64,000 nucleotides of DNA from an uncultured Nitrospiraceae bacterium (GTDB lineage Bacteria > Nitrospirota > Thermodesulfovibrionia > Thermodesulfovibrionales > UBA6898), in NCBI GenBank assembly GCA_963811165.1, contig CAWEQH010000001.1:288001-352000 (forward strand), given 5' to 3'. This document shows, in pieces, positions 59,810-64,000 of this stretch. The notes under the pieces are model-generated. The model was not told where the DNA came from and made no database searches. It was given only the letters and a program-made list of their open reading frames with translations. Position 1 is the stretch's first letter. Every line of letters begins with the position of its first letter. A program made the position numbers and the translations under genes.

Positions 59810-60916
59810 ATGACAACCAAAAAGGATATGCCGCGGCTTAAGCGTACCAAGCTCATTTCATTGATTATTCTTGCGCTCTTCGGGAGCCTGTTGTTGCCGC
59901 CGCTCTCCGGATCTGCGACCCAGGACAGCACGGCAGTGGACGAGCTTAAGCAGAAGGCCCAGCAGGCGTATATCGGCAGCCGCTATTCCGAGGCCGCCGC
60001 CACTTTCATTGAAATCGCCGAGAAGCATCCTGAAAGTGCGCCCCGTCGTTACGCCGTACAGATGCTGGGGACCCTGTATGAAGACAACCTTGTCGACATA
60101 AAGAAGGCGATCAAATGGGACCGGGAATTTCTGGAGAAATATGCTGGCCCCAGGCAGATCGCTTTTTACAAGGAGAAACTGGCCTCTCTCGAAAAGCTGA
60201 TGAACCAGGAGCAGGCCTTCAAGACCTATCAGGCGATCCGGTTCGCCAATGCCGGAGATGAAATCATGGTGAAGAAATTCGAGGCGTTGCTGAAGGAACG
60301 CCCTGATTTTCTTTTGAAGGACGATGTCCTGAGGGAGCTCGGATATGCCTATGACCGCATGGACAAGCGCCGGCAAAGCTATCTCGCCTTTAAGGCCATT
60401 GCCGCCCATAACGGCGAAAATAAACTCTCTGCAAGCGATCAGGTGGCCTATGAAGCGGCGAGCCGCCACTGGCAAATGTCATGGGCCTGGGCATGGGCCG
60501 CATGGGCAGTCATAGTGGCGCTCTGGGCTGCGGTCCTGCTGATGAATCCGTGGAAACAGCTTTCCCGATCCTCGATCAGAAATTTCCTGATTGTGGTTCT
60601 CCTTTGGGTGCTTTTGAATGCTCTCAGGATGCCGACCTTCTATTCCATGGAGACCGGGGGCTATCCAATCGTCATCCCCGATACTGTGGTTTACATGGTT
60701 GCCGGACTCAACTTGACGGTCCTCTTCTGGCTGCTGCTCCTGACCGGAGGAAAATTCTGGCAGACCCACCCCAGGGCGCTGCGCTGGCTCAGCCCCGTCC
60801 TCACCCTGCTGATGACCACGGCAGTTCTCTATCTATTTTTTGTATACCATCCCAATGGACCAGCGATTATAGACATTTTTGTCGACACGTTACGGTACAA
60901 AGCAGGGCTTCTGTAG
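59810..60916 (+). CDS. TPR-containing membrane protein
   Basis: Signal peptide, TPR-like helices, four C-terminal TM segments. Confidence 0.8.
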   Translation: MTTKKDMPRLKRTKLISLIILALFGSLLLPPLSGSATQDSTAVDELKQKAQQAYIGSRYSEAAATFIEIAEKHPESAPRRYAVQMLGTLYEDNLVDIKKAIKWDREFLEKYAGPRQIAFYKEKLASLEKLMNQEQAFKTYQAIRFANAGDEIMVKKFEALLKERPDFLLKDDVLRELGYAYDRMDKRRQSYLAFKAIAAHNGENKLSASDQVAYEAASRHWQMSWAWAWAAWAVIVALWAAVLLMNPWKQLSRSSIRNFLIVVLLWVLLNALRMPTFYSMETGGYPIVIPDTVVYMVAGLNLTVLFWLLLLTGGKFWQTHPRALRWLSPVLTLLMTTAVLYLFFVYHPNGPAIIDIFVDTLRYKAGLL

Positions 60917-61008
60917 CGGACTGGGGGAACAATGAGCAGGAGACCGCGGCAAATGAACCGCACAGATCCCTGGAACAAAGAGAAAAAAGAAGAAGGAAGG
61001 TGAAAGAA

Positions 61009-61233
61009 ATGAAAGGACGAATCCTGAAGGTCAAGACTGGCTACAACCCGAATTCAAGCAGTATCGGCGTAGATATGGTGGTCTTCTTCACCGCCGGAGC
61101 GGCCATGACGGTCCTTTTCAATACTTTTGCTGCGGTCGTTAGTACGGCAAAGGGCCATGAGCACGGGCGACCGGAAGAAATGATAGAAATGCCCCTGCTT
61201 AGTCATGGGGAAGAGAAGGGGCGAGCGTTATGA
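61009..61233 (+). CDS. Small protein with GYNPNSSS motif and TM helix, coupled to radical SAM gene
   Basis: MKGRILKVKTGYNPNSSSIG then hydrophobic helix; GGAAGGTG RBS-like sequence; stop overlaps the next ATG (ATGA). Confidence 0.72.
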   Translation: MKGRILKVKTGYNPNSSSIGVDMVVFFTAGAAMTVLFNTFAAVVSTAKGHEHGRPEEMIEMPLLSHGEEKGRAL

Positions 61234-62369
61234 AGCATCGGTTTGAGTCGTTTGGAGGGATCCTGGCCCTGGAAAATCCCCCGACGCTGGTGCATGTAGA
61301 CCGGGACTTCATGCAAGGACTCGGTTATGATCACAGCCCGCTATGGGAAGGGCCTGAAACCCATGTTCTGTCCGCCCCCCTGGAGGTCCATTTTTCTGTG
61401 ACCAACGCCTGTTCCCAACGATGCAGTCACTGCTATATGGATTCTGGAGTAAGGGATACAGGCGAACTTTCGGCTGAGGATTTCCGCAAGGCAGTCGACC
61501 TGCTCGCCGAGATGGGCGTGTTCCATATGGCCCTGGGCGGCGGAGAGGCGCTGGAGCGAGCCGATTTCTTTGAATTGGCCTCCTATGTGCGCGATCGCGG
61601 TATAGTTCCCAACCTGACCACCAGCGGCGTCCTGATGACCCGAGAAAGCGCTGCAAAGTGCCGCGTGTTCGGGCAGGTAAATGTCAGCATCGACGGCACT
61701 GTGAGTTTCGAGAAAGCCGGCCGGAGTCCCATTGCTCTTCCGGCGGCAATACAAGGCGTGGACATGCTTCTTGAGGCGGGCGTCAGCGTGGGGCTGAACT
61801 GTGTGGTGAGCCGGCAAAGCTTCGATCAACTGAGCGAGTTGTTCATCTTTGCCCAGGAAAGAGAGCTTTCCGATGTCGAGCTTTTGCGACTCAAACCCTC
61901 GGGAAGAGGGACACAGGACTACTTCGAAAGGCGATTGACGCCGGCCCAGAACCGGGAATTCTATCCAACGATCCAGCGCCTTTCACAGGAATATGGGGTC
62001 CCGGCAAAGATCGACTGTTCATTCGTCCCGATGTTCTGCTGGCACCGGCCGGACAAAACGATTATGGAGCGGTTTTCGGTCTACGGATGCGAGGCAGGTA
62101 ACGTCCTCTTGGGGGTCCGTTCCGACGGCAGGTTTGCCGGCTGCTCCTTCTTATCCGGTGAGGAGAATATTTTCGATCTGCCCCGGCTCTGGACCGGCTC
62201 TGAACATCTCTCGCGCTTGCGCTCCTGGATTGACCGGGCGCCAGAGCCCTGTCGGTCGTGTGATTATCTCGATATCTGCAAGGGCGGCTGTCGTGCCGTG
62301 GCCGGCTTCGCCTCCGGAGACATTTACGCTCCCGACCCGGAGTGCCCTTTTGTTGTCGAGGTGGAGTGA
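61230..62369 (+). CDS. Radical SAM/SPASM domain protein
   Basis: CSQRCSHCY, GGGE, YGCEAG...DG..GC, CRSCDYLDICKGGC...DPECP. Confidence 0.93.
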   Translation: MKHRFESFGGILALENPPTLVHVDRDFMQGLGYDHSPLWEGPETHVLSAPLEVHFSVTNACSQRCSHCYMDSGVRDTGELSAEDFRKAVDLLAEMGVFHMALGGGEALERADFFELASYVRDRGIVPNLTTSGVLMTRESAAKCRVFGQVNVSIDGTVSFEKAGRSPIALPAAIQGVDMLLEAGVSVGLNCVVSRQSFDQLSELFIFAQERELSDVELLRLKPSGRGTQDYFERRLTPAQNREFYPTIQRLSQEYGVPAKIDCSFVPMFCWHRPDKTIMERFSVYGCEAGNVLLGVRSDGRFAGCSFLSGEENIFDLPRLWTGSEHLSRLRSWIDRAPEPCRSCDYLDICKGGCRAVAGFASGDIYAPDPECPFVVEVE

Positions 62370-62426
62370 AGTATCAGATGTGGGAAAGGATATTTTTAAA
62401 AAAATGTCGACAAAGGAGAATGAAGT

Positions 62427-63044
62427 ATGATCAACCAATTTCTGACAGCGTTTCTGTTTACCACAGCTTATGCAGTCATTCGGTATGCAGGGTTCGGACA
62501 TGTCTCACTGATTCACGCACCTGTCTATATCATGAACAAAGCCGTATGCATGACAGCGGTAGAAGCGATGTTTATGGCGGCCCTCGGTCTCATGCGCGCG
62601 GAGAGGGACGCGGTCCGATTCTGGACAAACGCATGTTCGCAGCTGGTATTCGTCCACGTCCTGCTGTCGCTCGGCATCCTTTCGCAAGGATACTACGTTA
62701 ATTTCTTTGAAGGCGATAAGATGAGCCTGACGGGAGAACTGGTGCTGTTCATGGGAGTGCTGGCTGTCTATTGTTTCTGGCGCCTGCAAGCGACCCCAAT
62801 AAAACCGGACCTTAAGCGGACACTTACGATTCTTGCGTGCGCCCTCGTCTCAGGCCATCTTTTTGCGATGGGCTACAGGGATACGCTGAATGTCCAGAAG
62901 TGGAACGGGGGCCTGCCGCCTATGAGCATGTTAAGCTTCTTACTTGCCGTCTCCAGCCTGATTATGTTCGTGATGGCCAATAAGAAGTCCGCATCTTTAT
63001 CATCCGAGGAAGGCCGCGTCTTGCTATCGAAAATCGACTCTTAA
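62427..63044 (+). CDS. Membrane protein, ferric-reductase/STEAP-like transmembrane domain
   Basis: About six TM helices, P.Y..NK, intramembrane His in VHVLLS and GHLFAMG, C-terminal W.GGLPP. Confidence 0.6.
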   Translation: MINQFLTAFLFTTAYAVIRYAGFGHVSLIHAPVYIMNKAVCMTAVEAMFMAALGLMRAERDAVRFWTNACSQLVFVHVLLSLGILSQGYYVNFFEGDKMSLTGELVLFMGVLAVYCFWRLQATPIKPDLKRTLTILACALVSGHLFAMGYRDTLNVQKWNGGLPPMSMLSFLLAVSSLIMFVMANKKSASLSSEEGRVLLSKIDS

Positions 63045-63075
63045 CCCGTTTGCTCATGCGAGGGACTTTGCGATT

Positions 63076-64000
63076 ATGCTATTGAGAAAACAATTTTTAT
63101 TAGTCATAACGTTTCTGTTACTTCTCACAACTGTTCCTGCCTTTGCTCACAACCTGTCTATGGGGGGGTCCAGGTGGTGTTTTGGCAAAAACACTATTAT
63201 CGGCAATGTTGACCTTGCTCCATCCTTATTAGCGGAAATAAAAGGAATAAAGGAGGGACATTATGAGCTTGATTCACTTTCCGATACGCAACTGCAGCAA
63301 GTTGCAAAGGATGTAATTCAGCCTTACATCAATAATAAGCTTTCCATAACGGTCAACGATACGAAATATCCTGTAAAGCTAAATAAAATAGCCAGAAATG
63401 GAGACTTATATACATTATGGCTGTCAGTAGATAATATCAGCTTTAATAACCCTGTAAATCCCGTCAGGATCGATTACACCTTATTATTTGAAGAGACAAA
63501 CAACGCGCATGTGAACCTCGCCTACGGATATTTGTCCGAGGCCACAGGAGCTGCGTTGCAAAAGGTGTTCGATTTTTCCCAGCCCGTATTCCAAAACACT
63601 TTTGACTATAAGGCCCCGGTATGGGAAGTCTCCATTAATGGAGCTGCAAATGCGTCTGCTTTGGAGCATAAGGCCGAGACCCCTGTCGTAACCGGCAGCT
63701 CGGACAGCCTTAAGGAAATTGCGACGCAAAAAAACGCTGCGGGCAATCCGCCGTCGGCAGGGCCTGTCGGCGACGATCGCCAAAGCAAGCCGGCGCCGGA
63801 TAAGTCGTCAGCCGAATCACCAATACATCCCCCTGGCAAGTCCTATTCCAAAGACAGAGAACACGGTTCTGTTTTGCGCATTCCCGGGGAAAGGTCCATA
63901 TGGGCCAATATAGGTCAATTTTTGGTCCTCGGCATTGAGCATATTTTGACCGGGTATGACCACATAGCATTTCTGCTGGCATTGATCGTTATCGGGCTTT
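63076..64000 (+). CDS. HupE/UreJ family protein with long exported N-terminal domain (3' partial; absent from ORF track)
   Basis: Manually translated open frame: signal peptide ...PAFAH, ending ...FLVLGIEHILTGYDHIAFLLAL at the window edge. Confidence 0.88.
   Translation, partial: MLLRKQFLLVITFLLLLTTVPAFAHNLSMGGSRWCFGKNTIIGNVDLAPSLLAEIKGIKEGHYELDSLSDTQLQQVAKDVIQPYINNKLSITVNDTKYPVKLNKIARNGDLYTLWLSVDNISFNNPVNPVRIDYTLLFEETNNAHVNLAYGYLSEATGAALQKVFDFSQPVFQNTFDYKAPVWEVSINGAANASALEHKAETPVVTGSSDSLKEIATQKNAAGNPPSAGPVGDDRQSKPAPDKSSAESPIHPPGKSYSKDREHGSVLRIPGERSIWANIGQFLVLGIEHILTGYDHIAFLLALIVIGL

Noticed and set aside
60481..61008. 250-aa ORF 60481..61233 as one gene
   Set aside because: The first ~145 codons overlap the TPR gene out of frame; only the part from ATG 61009 looks like a real protein
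1..64000. Numerous long antisense or alternate-frame ORFs in the track (e.g. 24705..25541, 29877..30605, 50626..51372, 63484..63783)
   Set aside because: Shadows of well-supported genes on the opposite strand; no motifs or RBS

Overview
Bacterial chromosomal window; gene content and order suggest a Nitrospirota (Thermodesulfovibrionia-like) or related deltaproteobacterial genome (inference, no search run). 1-34.7 kb is mostly core: lapB-nif3, suhB/trmH, tig-clpP-clpX, rpmB-dciA, infB-rbfA-nrnA-truB, pilMNOPQ, aroCKB, glgX, DUF47-pit-phoB-phoR and citrate synthase. Between pilQ and aroC is a surface-protein insert: two heavily frameshifted lipoprotein genes, and two S8 proteases with Gly-rich-Cys C-terminal sorting tails flanking a CPBP intramembrane protease. 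From about 34.9 kb to the end is an accessory island with 11 promoters built alike (3-4 pentamers at an exact 11-bp period, then 10-11 bp, then a -10 box), consistent with a clustered PhoB regulon. The island holds a second phoB, phoH, a glycolipid-type module, arsC, a purple acid phosphatase and a dispersed family of small CP[YH]-C-x17-C-x7-C proteins. It also holds a YNPNSSS small protein/radical SAM-SPASM operon and a ferrosome-like gene cluster built around a Ca2+-type P-ATPase, an 11-mer-repeat protein and a MetK paralog lacking its methionine-binding residues. No rRNA, tRNA, CRISPR array or intact transposase was seen.
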